A stretch of DNA of 64,000 bases from the human T2T-CHM13v2.0 reference genome, Homo sapiens. Shown piece after piece: positions 27,009-39,827 of this stretch. Where the stretch lies: NCBI RefSeq assembly GCF_009914755.1, contig NC_060925.1. The stretch is one strand, 5' to 3'. The translations under genes and the position numbers were made by a program. Position 1 is the first letter of the stretch, and each line of letters opens with the position of its first letter. The notes beneath the pieces were generated by a model. That model was given only the letters and a program-made list of their open reading frames with translations, did no database searches and was not told where the DNA came from.

Positions 27009-27366
27009 TAGTTTGAGTATCCCTTATCTGAAATGCTTGGGACCAGTAGTGTTTCAGATTTCAGATTTTTTTGGATTTTGCAATATTTGCATACATATGA
27101 AGAGGTATCTTGGGGATGGGACCCAAATCTAAACAGAAAATTCATTTATGTTTCATATATACTTTATACACATAGCCTGAGGGTAATTTTATATAATATT
27201 TTTAATAATTTTGTATATGAAACAAAGTTTGTGTACATTGAACAATCAGAAAGCAAATATATCAGGTACAGAATTTTCCACTTTTGGCATTATGTAGGCA
27301 CCCGTAAAGTTTCATATTTTGGAGCATTTTGGATTTCAAATTTTCAGATTAGCAATGCCCAACCTG
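27009..27366. mobile_element. Tigger4b/MER46-type MITE
   Basis: TA-flanked, about 360 bp, with degenerate TIRs (tagtttgagtatcccttatctgaaa ... tttcagattagcaatgcccaacctg). Confidence 0.82.
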
Positions 27367-27398
27367 TACAAATCTTTCTTTGCCTGCCTTCAAGTTAG

Positions 27399-27633
<235 letters not shown>

Positions 27634-28832
27634 TAGGTATTCTTTAAGACATTCATCTTTTGTTTTTACAGTTTTAACATGTTGTCCCAATTTCCTAAGA
27701 TACTTTTTAGGAACAACCAATGGGCAGGTTTTTTAAGTGTAGGAGATGAATAGGGAGATGAGTAAACATCTCCTCTGAGTTTGGTCATAATTCAGACAAG
27801 GAAAGAAAGCTTGTTCAGCCCTTAGTAGCATTGTCGGGATGAGAATAAAACATTTTGGGAAATATTTAAAGACAAGGCTAAAAGTATAAAGACAAAGAAG
27901 ATGCAGCTTGAATCTTTTTTTCTTCTCGAAATAGGAACTATTCATCGCCTTGATAAACTTGTGTTAAAAAAAAACCTAAAAAACTAAAATAAAAAGGCTT
28001 TACCAAGAATAGTAGACATTGCCTTGGAATCTGCCTATTTTCTGAGCCTCATTCTCCAGCTTTGCCAATGATTCTGTGAGTTAATCAACTTCTTTCCAAT
28101 AAAGTCCTTTCCTGCTTAATTTGGCCAGAATCAGTTTCTTGTTGTTACCATGATATACCTGATTGCTCAATCCACTTTAGGATTAGGGTAACCAGATGTA
28201 CCATCTTGAAATTTTTAAAAACATGATAGTGTTTTCGTATGTTTTCCCCCCAAGAGTCTCAAAAGCAGCAATATGTCACTCTTTTCCAAAGAGCCATGGT
28301 AAATACCAGTGCTGCCACTGCCCAGGTGGATTTTTGCTCATGGCATAGTTATTATTTGCTGCCAATAACTCTGGTGTTTGTTTACACAAATCTTGCTATT
28401 CATCAAGCATATTTTCTCTGTGTCCAAGTGTGCCATCCTTTCTTGTACTCTGCCATCACTGCGTAGGTAAAAGCTAGAAACATTTTCTTTCTGTCTCATT
28501 TGCCTCATCTTCCACAGATCTGAAATGAGTTCATAGGTGTTGTCTAGCTGGCTTACACGCAGTTCCAATGGGACAAAGCAGTGCTAAAAGAGGTCAGTCT
28601 TTACCCTGCAATGTGGAGGTACTTTGAAAACTGTCTTGGTTTCCAAGTGGGTCAGACTTCTGGGATGGAACAGCCACTTAGACAGGAAAAAACTCCTCTA
28701 ACAAAGCTCTTATCAGCCTTTACCAACTTGTTATCTGTATCTCCTGTCTAGATCTCTTTCCTAAGCTCCAGAATCAAATATACAACTTCACTGTCTATCA
28801 GGATGTTATGCAAGCACCTCAAACTCATCCAT

Positions 28833-29218
28833 CTGTAGATGGAGACACTAACCATCTCCTTCTTCCTTTCAGTAATAGAAATTCCCAGGTTTAATTTGGC
28901 CAGCCAAGTAGTATATATTTCCTAGCCTCTCTTTTAGCTAAGTGTGGCCATGTGACTAGGCTCAGGACAAAGGTATGTTAGGAGAAGCGATGTGTGTAAC
29001 GTCTGGGCCACTTCTCTCAAAACAAGTGGCTTGCCCTGGAACTCTGCTTTTCTTGCCCCTTCCTGCTGAGAAATGGCTATGAGCAGTCTCGGAAGCTGCA
29101 TGTTGGAAACGGTAGGCTTATCCCCACAGATTTGGACTCTTACAGGAGAGAGAAATACACTCTTTTGTGTGGGTTACAATATTTTAGGATTTCTTAGTTA
29201 TAGCAGCTTAGGCTATAC
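28833..29218. mobile_element. MLT1-family MaLR LTR
   Basis: ATTTCCTAGCCTCTCTTTTAGCTAAGTGTGGCCATGTGACTA motif. Confidence 0.68.
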
Positions 29219-29311
29219 TTTAAATGGGAAGGAAGGACAGTAGGAAGGTAGAAACGGAGGGGGAAGGGAGGGAGGGGAAACTTCATCTTCTTTCCTTAAC
29301 ATATTTCTCCT

Positions 29312-29612
29312 GGCTGGATGCGGTGGCTCACACCTATAATCCCAGCACTTTGGGAGGCCGAGGCAGGCAGATTGTTTCAGGCTAGGAGTTCGATACCAGC
29401 CTGGCCAACATGGCGAAACCCTGTCTCTACTAAAAATACAAAAATTAGCCGAGCATGGTGATGTGTGCCTGTAGTCCCAGCTTCTTGGGAGGCTGAGGTA
29501 CAAGAACTGCTTGATCTGGGAGGCAGAGGCTGCAGTGAGCTGAGATCATGCCACTGCACTCCAGCCTGGGTGACAGAGTGGGACTCTGTCTCAAAACAAA
29601 ACAAAACAAAAC
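29312..29612 (+). mobile_element. Alu with (CAAAA)n tail
   Basis: Full-length Alu; TSD aaca(t/c)atttctcct on both sides. Confidence 0.93.
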
Positions 29613-30375
29613 ACATTTCTCCTCTTGTGTTAGTTCATGTTGATGAATGGCATCTCCAGCAGTCCCCAGCCAGAAACTTGGAGGCACTTTGACACTCTCT
29701 CCCCTTCAACCACCACATCCATCCAAGTCAGTCCTATGTGCTCCACCTCTGGTCACTCTGTCCAATTCTCTCATCCTCACTGTGCCATGTGAGTTGAGGA
29801 TCTCATTGTGTCTCGCCATGCTTTCTGCAAGTGTCCCCTAGTTGATTTCTGCTACAAGCCTTGTCCATGTCTAATCTACTCTCCACACTGAGGCTCACAT
29901 GATATTTCTAAAATGCACATCTGATTGTGCCACTGTCTTGCTCTCATTCTTAAAATATTCCCTCTAGCCTTCAGGAGCACAAAAGCTCCTTTCAGATGGG
30001 GCCATTACCTTCCATTCTTCCTACAGTACTAAATACTCTAACCATACTAAAGTATTTCAGTTTTCAGAAAACATCATGCCCTCCCCTGATTCTTGGCCTT
30101 TGCACAGGCTGTTCTCTCTGCAGATTCTCCTTCCCCCATCCCACTCTTCTCTGGCCAACTCCTACTTATCCTTCAGGACTTGCTCAGCTATCACTGCCTC
30201 TAGAAGCTTCTTCCTGTTCTTACAGCAGTCACAGTACCCCAAAGAATCACATCACTTTCCCTGAGAATTTCTTATTTAACCATCTATCTCCCCCACTAAT
30301 AAAAAGCTCCCTCTGCAGACTTCTAAAGACTGATACATGGTAAGTACTCCATACATGTGTTGAATAATTTAACCC

Positions 30376-30825
30376 AGTTGACAGATTATAGTATTTATTC
30401 CCAATGATTTGTTTCCTTCCCATCCTTGCATTGGTCCCTGTAGGCAGAGTATACTTACCCCGTAGACTTAAGCTTGGCCACATGACTTGCTTTGGTCAAT
30501 GGGTTGTGAGCAGATGTGCCATAGATATGGCCAAGCAGAAGCTTTAAAGGCATTTGTGTGGTTTGGCTCTGCCCTTGCCCTGACCCCCTTGAGCATTTGC
30601 CCTCCACTGTGAGAACAAAATGCTCAGATAGTGGCTGCTCCTTCATCCTGGGTCTTAGAGTAAGAAGAGAATTGGAATTGAGCCAACCCCATCAAACCTA
30701 GCCAATCCATAGCTACCCACAGCTGACTACAGGTCTCATATAATATGAGCAAGAACTAAGTGTATGTTGTAAGCTATTGAGATTTGGGCGCTGCTTGTTT
30801 CTGCATCAAAATACTGACAAATACA
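30376..30825. mobile_element. MLT1-family MaLR LTR
   Basis: CTTGGCCACATGACTTGCTTTGGTCAATG...GTAAGCTATTGAGATTTGGG...ACAAATACA. Confidence 0.78.
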
Positions 30826-33296
30826 TCTAGTTTGGGTTCATAATCAGTATTGAGGGCCTACTGTGTGCCAAACATTGTGCTAGAAGTTTTATATAATTTA
30901 ATTTTAATTATCACAACAACCCTATAAGGTAGGTTAGCTTTCCATTATTAAAGCAACAACAACAACAAAAAAAGACAAAATCCTAAGCTGGCATCAAATC
31001 CAGGTCAGTTTGAGCCTCACCATCCCCCCTACACGCTGCCTCCTGGTGAGGCAAGGGCATGGAAGGAGTGATGATACAGGGTCTCAGCTGAATGCAAGGG
31101 CCCTACTCCTTATTCAGCACCACTTTCTGTAGGGTTCCACATGCTGAAGGAGAATAGAGGAAGCGGCATGTTCTTCTGAGTTCTTCCTTGTTCCTTGGCC
31201 TGTAAAGAACTCTAGTCATCCAAAACACTTTCTTTCATTTTCAGAAAGCCAAAAACTATCTTGAAGACTGAGACTTTAAGCATGCATATGCTGTAGCTAC
31301 ATCCTGTGTGGCTCCTGAGAGCACAGCAGCAGCCCCTAGTCCCAGATGGGCTCTGATGTGCCATCAGTTTCTGCTCTGTCACTGGGGCACATCCTCTGTT
31401 CTCACGTGCTTTGCTGGAGTCCTCTTCATTCGCTCCTTTCCCACTAGATCTTAGGATTTCATTACGAAAAACTAACTGCCATTCTTTCTCACTTTTCTTG
31501 CACTATTTCCCTGAGTTCTATGAACTCTGTGCCTCAATATCCAATGCCCCATAATAGACACCATGTATGTTCACCTAAATCAGGAGTTACAGTTTGATCT
31601 ACCTTAACCAGAAAAGAATGTTTCCCTGAATTCAGGCACTTCAAATAACCAAGTCATATTAAGGCAGTGACATTATTTCTTATTCTTTTAACCAGTAAGA
31701 TATCATGGGCTTGGACAAGTCATTTATTTCCTCTGAGCCTTGGTCTTCTTAAGTGTAGGTAGGCAATACCAGCCTTACTTACTTGGCAAGATCAAATGGG
31801 ATAATGTCTATGAAAGCCATTTAACACATAGAAAAGCATCATAGCATGTAAATAAGTGAGAAAAACATCGGGAGAAAGAAGGCATAAGAGTAAAAATAGT
31901 TGGAAGGGGTGAACAGGTAAGTCCCAGAACAAAAATTTGGGACTAGAAGGGACATTCTAGGACCAGATTGGCTGGAGTAAGATTCATCCCATCTCGTCCA
32001 AAGTACTTGCCTCACTTTACCAGTTCCCAATATGACCACATTTAATTGTTCAGAGTAGAACCTGTCCTGTCCAGCAACAGCTCCATTTGTTCTTCTGAAA
32101 ATTTGAGGAAGAGCTCTTCCTTTCTACCTGTTTTTCATTCCAATCATTAATGGTTTGAGAAAGTCTGAAAAAAAATAAATAACTGGGTCTCCCTTGATGG
32201 CTCTTCCTGGGTAAATCATAAAAGGAATCATGTACCTGTCACTCTTTAGCTTTCATTTACAACTCATCAAATTTTAATGGGGAAAATTTCAGAACCCTAG
32301 AATCTTAGAGCTGAAGTTAACTTTAAAAATCACCTTGCTCAATATTTAAGACCAAGATCCAAACCCATGGTTATACAGTGATTTATGGAGGAGGTGGGAC
32401 TAGAACCTAATCCTCAGCTCCCAGGTCAGGGCTCTTTCTACTTACGGTGTCCTGGTACTAATACTAACACTGAACTAAGCACTAGGTACTTGCACCGTAG
32501 TGCGAGTAGTGCAAGACTACTCATACTGATACTCAATTCTATATAAACTAGCCACCCAGAATACTCCTATGTCTAAAGTGTAAACAGTGATGAGGATATT
32601 CAAATAACTTCCCTCTCCTAGTCCAGAGAGAAGCATCCAGGCTGGGGGACAATGCCGAGCTGGGAGAGCTGTGCTAAAGTGACGAAAGAAGATGGACGAG
32701 GTACGTTCCACAGAGAAAAGTAGAACAGAGGAGGAAGAGAAATTGGAAGATATACAGGACAGGAAAAGAGATAACGGAAGTTGAGGTGTCAGCAGTCTCT
32801 AAAAGCGATTCTTCTTTCTCCAGGGCTAATAACATTTTAACTCTTTACACCCAAGCCTATCCTTCAGTCACCAGGTGTCTACCTGAACATGAAACCAGAC
32901 CAACTAATGATCATTCCCTATACCTCCCTTCCCACTGCAGGCTGGGTTGGGGGCCCCTTCAAGGCACTCCAGAGTACAGATCTTTATCACTGCTTTTGCA
33001 CAATGCTACTCCATAACTGGTGTCTCCACCACCAGACTGAGTACCTTAAAAGCAAGGACTATGACTTATTCATCTTTTCAACCCCAGCATAACTTCTGGG
33101 ACATAGGAGTAAGTCACTCACTGACTATTCATGAACAAATATCTTAACTCAGCTATCACGTTTTCTGGGAATTTGTTTCAGAGCTGCTGCACCAGTCCTG
33201 GTTTGGGTTGAGTGTGCTTCCTCTATGCTCTCACAGCAGGGGTGTGGCTCTCATCAAAGGACCTTTAACTACCATGACAAAGTGACTGGAAAACTT

Positions 33297-33600
33297 GGTT
33301 TTTGGTTTTTGTTTTGAGACAAGGTCTCACTCTGTCACCCAGGCTGGAGTACAGTGGCACAATCTCAGCTCACTGCAGCCTCTACTTCCCTGACTCAAGC
33401 AATCCTCCCACTCAGGCCCTTGGGTAGCTGGGACTACAGGTGCAAGCCATCGTGCCCGGCTAATTTTTTTGTATTTTTTGTAGAGATGAGGTTTCACTAT
33501 GTTGTCCAGGTTGGTCTCAAACTCCTGGGCTCAAAGAGATCCACCTGCCTCAGCTTCCCAAAGTGCTGGGATTACAGGCATGAACAACTGTGCATAGCTG
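33297..33600 (-). mobile_element. AluJ-like
   Basis: Reverse-complement Alu; GAAAACTT on both flanks. Confidence 0.92.
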
Positions 33601-33766
33601 AAAACTTATTTGAATCACTGACTAGACTGACAACGCTTTGAGGGCAAGGACTATGTCTTTTAGTGCCTCATTCTCAGCACTTAGTATAATACTTAGAAAT
33701 CACAGGAATTTAATATGTGCTTGTAGAATAGACAAACAAGTGAAATCAAAAGAAATGCTAATAAAG

Positions 33767-34070
<304 letters not shown>

Positions 34071-36855
34071 AAAGAAATGCTAATTCATCAAGCAATCTTT
34101 GTCATAGAGATACCCAAAGAAGCCTCCAGGAAAACACATCGCTTGCTCCAGGAGTGTGTTCCCAGAGTGTCGACACAGCTCCAGCATTTCTCACAGCCTC
34201 TGCTGCCAGGAAAGGATAAAACACCACCCATATTCAGGAACAAAGACAGAGTGAACCCTCCTTCAAGTCTTATTGCTAGATGGCACCTGTTGCTAAAATA
34301 GCAGCTGGTAAGCATTTTGTTTTGTTCAAAATAACAACAACAACAGCAACAATAACAAAACCAATATATTACAGGAAGCAACATCACAATGGCAATAAGG
34401 AATCACAAGGCTAAATATATAACAGGAAGACATACAGAATTTTAGTAATGAAAGACAAGGAAGAAGCTGCTAGAGCCTGGAGGAAAAAACTGAAGTGCTG
34501 ATTAGAAATCGCTCAGCTTGCATTAAAAAAGAGAAACAGGAGGAGAAGGGAGAGGAGGAGAAATAGAGAGGGAGTGGGAGAGAGATGGTGGGGAGAGAAA
34601 GGGAGGGAGAGGAAGAATGAATGTGGTTTTTTTCCTGGCTCTCTGTCTCATTTTTAATCTGTTCTTCCCTGTCTCCCTTCCTTTCTACCACCCCCTCAAA
34701 AGAGAATTCATTGATTGGGCTGGACTAAAATTTCTCACCTTTCATCTCATGGTTCTCTGTGAAGAATGAGTCTGAATTCATCTCCTCCTTGTCTGCTTCT
34801 GTCTCCTCCCTCCCCTCCCCAGCCGCCATTGTTTGCTCCTCTACTTTGCTGAGGCTGAGAGGCAGCTTGTCTGTCCACACCTCTGACAGCAGTGATGGGA
34901 TGAGGAGAAAGCAGGAGCAGGGAGCAGAGGATGATCAATGGGATCCCAGGAGTCAGTCTCACTTTTGGAGCAAAGAATCCCCAGCCATCTGACAGCTGAG
35001 CTGGTCCTGATAACTAACCTGTTGCCTGATTCCAAGCAGAACAGCCTCTCCAGGTGCAGGTGGCAGAAGGCACAGACAAAGCCATCACCTCCCTCAAAAC
35101 AAAAATAAAACAAAAAGCCCTCCAGCAAAAAGCCCAGAGAGGCAGCTTAGGAGAGGGCAAATGAGACTGGTCTGGAGTTTGAGAGAACTGGAATCTAGTC
35201 CCTAATCAATCATGAACGTGCTATGTGCATATTGCCTCTCTAGGACTCCATCTCTATAAACTGAGAGGGCTGAACTACAGTTCCTGTAGTACCCTCCAGT
35301 GATATGATTCCATTTCATAAAAAGCTGTGAGCCATCTAAAGAGAGCTCTATGTTTCCCTTCTTCTCTCACTCCCTGCAAACCCCCAGAGTACTTCTTTTA
35401 GGCAGACCCCAGCGTGTCTGTAAAGAGCACCTCTGACTCAGGGACCCCTCCCCCCCCCCCCCGATGCCTGGCTGACTTCAGTGCTGTTGTGATACAGGCT
35501 CAAGGACTAAGTGCCCTGAGAATATTGATAACCGAGAGTAGAGGCAGATTAAGGATGTGAAGAATCAGTGAGGGTGGGAGTGGAAGGCACTGGGAGGCCA
35601 GGGGAGCGGGGTGGCATGGATCAGCCAAACCCTGAAATTAGAGATGATTCATATCTGAATAATGTGGGAGGGATGAACTCAAAGCAGCCAAAAGAAGAGG
35701 CTAACTCTGCTGAGGATGCCTCCCCCAGCCTAAACCCAGCAGTGGGGCAACGGCAATGTTAGGGGCATTTCATTTGAAATGGGAAAAATATTTAGGCAAT
35801 GAAGAATCTTATTCTGAAGCTAAGGGAAATGGGGTATTTGCCTTTTCTTGCTAAATGTATTTTACCCCCTTTACATGACTTGTTTTAGCTATTTTAAGCT
35901 TGTTCCCCTTTGCCTAGTGCCTTGATTTTGTCCAGATCTTCTGGCTGGTGATGCTAGAGGTGACAAAACTTCTCATGTGGTACTATTGTCCCTTTTCTCT
36001 CCTGCCTTCCACCCCCATCCTGTCCTCACCTTTCTGATCCCTTTTTCCATTTCTTCCATCATTCTGCCTCCACCTTGATTTGAATGGTTGCCTCTGACCC
36101 AGTCCAAGCTATCCAGACATTCCTCACCCCCATCCTACTCCCTTCAGCAGGGCTGCTTTGTGAATCTCTCAGGGCTGGCCACCCCAAGGCCCTGTATCCC
36201 TATGGGAATCGGAATCCTCATGTGGGGAAATAGGTTAAGAACAAGAGCATCTACTGACCCCAGCAGAATGGGGAGAAAGTTCACCAAAAAGGAGGGGAGG
36301 GCACAGAGGACCCAGCTAGACCAGTGACTTTGATGCTGGGGAGAAGCCCAATGCCTCTAAATCTCTCTGCAAATTATCTTTTAGGGAGCGGAGAGTGCAC
36401 CTATTAGAAAGGCTCTTCTGCTTTCTAATTATCATTTGGGACCACTCCCCAAATGATACCAAGTAAGAGAGAGCCAGGCTCTAAACTCCACAACCAGTGA
36501 AGGTTCCATCCCCATCTTCTTCCCAACCTCCAGTTCCTTGCACCCTCCAGAGAGCCACAGAGAGAATGCCCTGGGTCCCCCTCCTTCTCTAGGGAAGAAA
36601 TTAAGGAGACAGTCCTCTAGCCTCCACCTCCAGAAAACCAGTTCATTTAATTAATCAGCTCCCTCTGAGCTTCCTTTATTCCAGCCAGGCTTTTCACAAG
36701 ACTCACAGCATTACAAACTCAGGATAAGACCGAAGGAGAACCGTTTTATGGAGGGGAAATGCATTCGAAAGAACAACCTCAGCGCCAATGAGTCAAACAC
36801 CTGCATCTAGATGCGTCTCACTTGTCATTGGGCTTCTCCCCCGCCGCCCCCATCA

Positions 36856-36907
36856 TTCTCTCTCTCTCTCTCTCACACACACACAAACACATACACAAAC
36901 ACACACG
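36856..36907. repeat. Compound (TC)n(CA)n microsatellite about 150 nt into ILDR2 intron 1
   Basis: Directly visible. Confidence 0.93.
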
Positions 36908-36969
36908 TTGCCCCCTCCCCCACTTTCCACCAGACCGCTAAGCAGCTTTAAACATGGTCAGTAAGGAGG

Positions 36970-37930
36970 AAAATGGGGGGGCGGGGGGCGCGGTGAGAAC
37001 AGAACCACTACAGGAATATACAAAGTTATTCGTTTCTGTTGAAAAGGACTCTTACCTGTTAGCCAGAAGAGAGAAATCCACCTCAGCAAGACCCTATCCA
37101 TCTTCCCCAACTTCCCAGCCGAATTACGGAGTGAGGAAAGTGGGAAATGGCTGGAACAGAAGGATCGCTGTCACCCCGCGGCAGCGGGCGGCGGCGGAGC
37201 GGCGGGCACCGGGCGTCCCTGGGCGCAGCGCCCGCCGGGCCGGCCGCGCAGGCGGGGCCGGGGGCTGGATCGCGCCGCCGGCTGAGCGCGCGCTGCCGCG
37301 GGCTTCCGGGGTCCGCGCAGCGCTCGGCGGCGCATCCGCATGCCCAGGCAGCGCGGCACGGGGCGAGCGTCTCCCCGCCGCAGAGCCCGCCGCGCGGGGG
37401 AGCTCGGCCGCCGCACCGCCTCCCGCGCCTCCGCCCCGCCGCCCGCTGCCGCGACTGCCAAAGTTTCTCGGTCACGTGCTGGCCCCCGGCGGCCCAAAGG
37501 TCAGCGTGGAGTGATTGAGGCCAAGCGGAGAGAGGGGGTCTCTGGGTGGCAGGCAGCGAGAGGCGCGGGGGAGGCCGCCCCGCGGGCCGCGCCGAGCGGG
37601 GAGCGACCATCGCGGCTTCTCCCAGGGACGCCCGCGCTCGGGAACCCGGGCGAGAACGCTGGCTGGGGACTCGAGCAGGGGAGCCTGTGTCTGCGGGCAG
37701 CCACAGCCAACCTGAACGGGGAGGGAGTGACAGCGGCGAGGGTGGGGGACGGCGGGGACTTGGCGTAACTTCTTACAGGACTTAACTAGCAAGTCCTCTA
37801 GGCTAGAATGTTCGCTTCTGCGGTACCCCCGCCCCTCCGTCTGGTTTCCTTTTTGACAGTGCAAGGAACCAGGCAAGAGGCTCCGCAGAATTGAAAAAGG
37901 TAGGCGGGAATCTCGCGTCATTACTTTTTC
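36970..37930. promoter_or_regulatory. CpG island / ILDR2 promoter and GC-rich 5'UTR (potentially bidirectional)
   Basis: Very high GC and CpG density immediately upstream of the ILDR2 ATG; GC boxes; E-box GTCACGTG at 37471-37478. Confidence 0.9.
37056..37101 (-). CDS. ILDR2: ILDR2 coding exon 1 (signal peptide MDRVLLRWISLFWLT, 46 nt, ends phase 1)
   Basis: Minus strand reads GGGAAG ATG GAT AGG GTC TTG CTG AGG TGG ATT TCT CTC TTC TGG CTA ACA G|GTAAGA. Strong Kozak, canonical donor, next to a CpG island, and joins exon 2 in frame (G+CC = Ala). Confidence 0.96.
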
Positions 37931-38689
37931 CTGTTAAAATATGAGGTAGAATAAGGGCATCCGGCCCTTTAACAGAAAATATGTAAAACCAGAATGAGAT
38001 AAATGATTATAACGGCTTAAATCCATCCAACACTTTATAGATTCCAGCACGCATTCACATGGATTATTCCTATTTGTCAGACGGATTTGTCTTGTGTCTC
38101 AAAATGTATGTGTTGAGAGAGAACTGAGAAATGTATGATTTGCTTAAGAAATATATTTATGAAGCCTCTACTAGGTGCTAAGAACTAAGGTTACAAAGTG
38201 GAATGAGATAGACTTCCTGCCCTTAGGAGCCTCATCTTGGGTCGAGGAAAGGGAGGAAGGTCAGACCATTAAAGACATGATACTTATTCCTAGTAAAACG
38301 GGGCAAGTGCAATAATGGAGACATAGAGAAAGTGCCTTGGGAACATAGAGGAAGGACTAAGTTAGTCGTGGGTGGGGAGGGGGCACCACGATAAAGGAGG
38401 GGTAACATCTGAGCTGGCATTTGCAGAAAGCACAAGATTTGAGCCATTCAAGGATCCCTGGTGGAAAGGGGGCAGGCGAGGGCATTCTGGGCAGAGGAAA
38501 GAGACATAGCAGAAAGGTCTCAAGTAGCATCTGAAAACAGAGTGGTGCCAGGCTGGAGGGGAGTTCCTGGAGCAGACAGACTCCACACCTAAGAGTGAAT
38601 GTGTACACAGACAGGGAGAATATGTATGTGAACATGTGAGAAATGGGAAGAATAGACCCTGGGCAGCTGTCTTTTATGGCTGCCTGACA

Positions 38690-39110
38690 TCTCAATTCCC
38701 TTCTTATTCTGAGAAATTCCAACTGCAGAAGCCAGAAAGTCTAGAGCCACCTCCCTGACCATCCCAGCTGGAATGCAGGCCCGGGCCCCTGGCATAGCCA
38801 GGCTGACCTCTCCCTCAGAGCTTTTTGATTCTGGAGCAAGTGGTGGATATAAGAAACAAGGACAGTGGAGAATTGATTTTGTCACTGAGGCAGCAGCAGC
38901 ATCCAGTGTACATGATCAGCTGTGGCAGAGGTCAAGCCACCAGGATGCTCCAAGGTGTGATTTTTGGCTGTGGTCTTGCAGGCTCTCTGGGTTCTAGCCT
39001 CTCTTCTACACTTGGCTCTTCACTTCCCCAGCAATTCTTTGAGCCACCCAATATCCTTTCATAAACTCTTTCTTTGCTTATTTTGGCCAGGATGATTTTT
39101 TCATGCTATG
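38690..39110. mobile_element. Old ERVL LTR (LTR16/LTR33-like)
   Basis: CAGGCTGACC...AGAGCTTTTTGATTCTGGAG...TGAGCCACCCAATATCCTTTCATAAA pattern. Confidence 0.45.
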
Positions 39111-39504
39111 TACTGCATGAGAGAAATTTGAGGACTATTTCCTTTCATATACAGAAAAATAAAAATATAGGAGGTACCTAACACTTGTGGGTTTCCTTTA
39201 GGTTCTAGGCAGAGTTCTACATGTTTAACAAACCTTCTCATTTAACCCTAAAGAGGGAACTTAGGCCCAGAGCATTTAACTAACTTCTCTAAGATCAGGC
39301 AACTAGTAAGTGGCAGAGCTAGGATTTGAATCTGACTCTAAAGCATATACTGTTTGCACCACAAAAAGAACATCTACACCAGAAGATTGAGATGATATAT
39401 TTGTATTATGCTGTGCCATTTACTGCATCTATGTGTGTGTGTCACAGTGCACAAAAGAGCTTGAATAGTGTTTATTATCTAAGCACACATAACAGTGGCA
39501 TTTT

Positions 39505-39827
<323 letters not shown>

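Noticed and set aside
32488-32515. Small hairpin ACTTGCAC-CGTA-GTGCGAGT as an ncRNA
   Set aside because: 8-bp stem only, expected by chance; no snoRNA, miRNA or tRNA features.
36954-37921. Many 60-186 aa ORFs on both strands
   Set aside because: CpG-island artefacts; only ILDR2 exon 1 and the possible uORF are supported.
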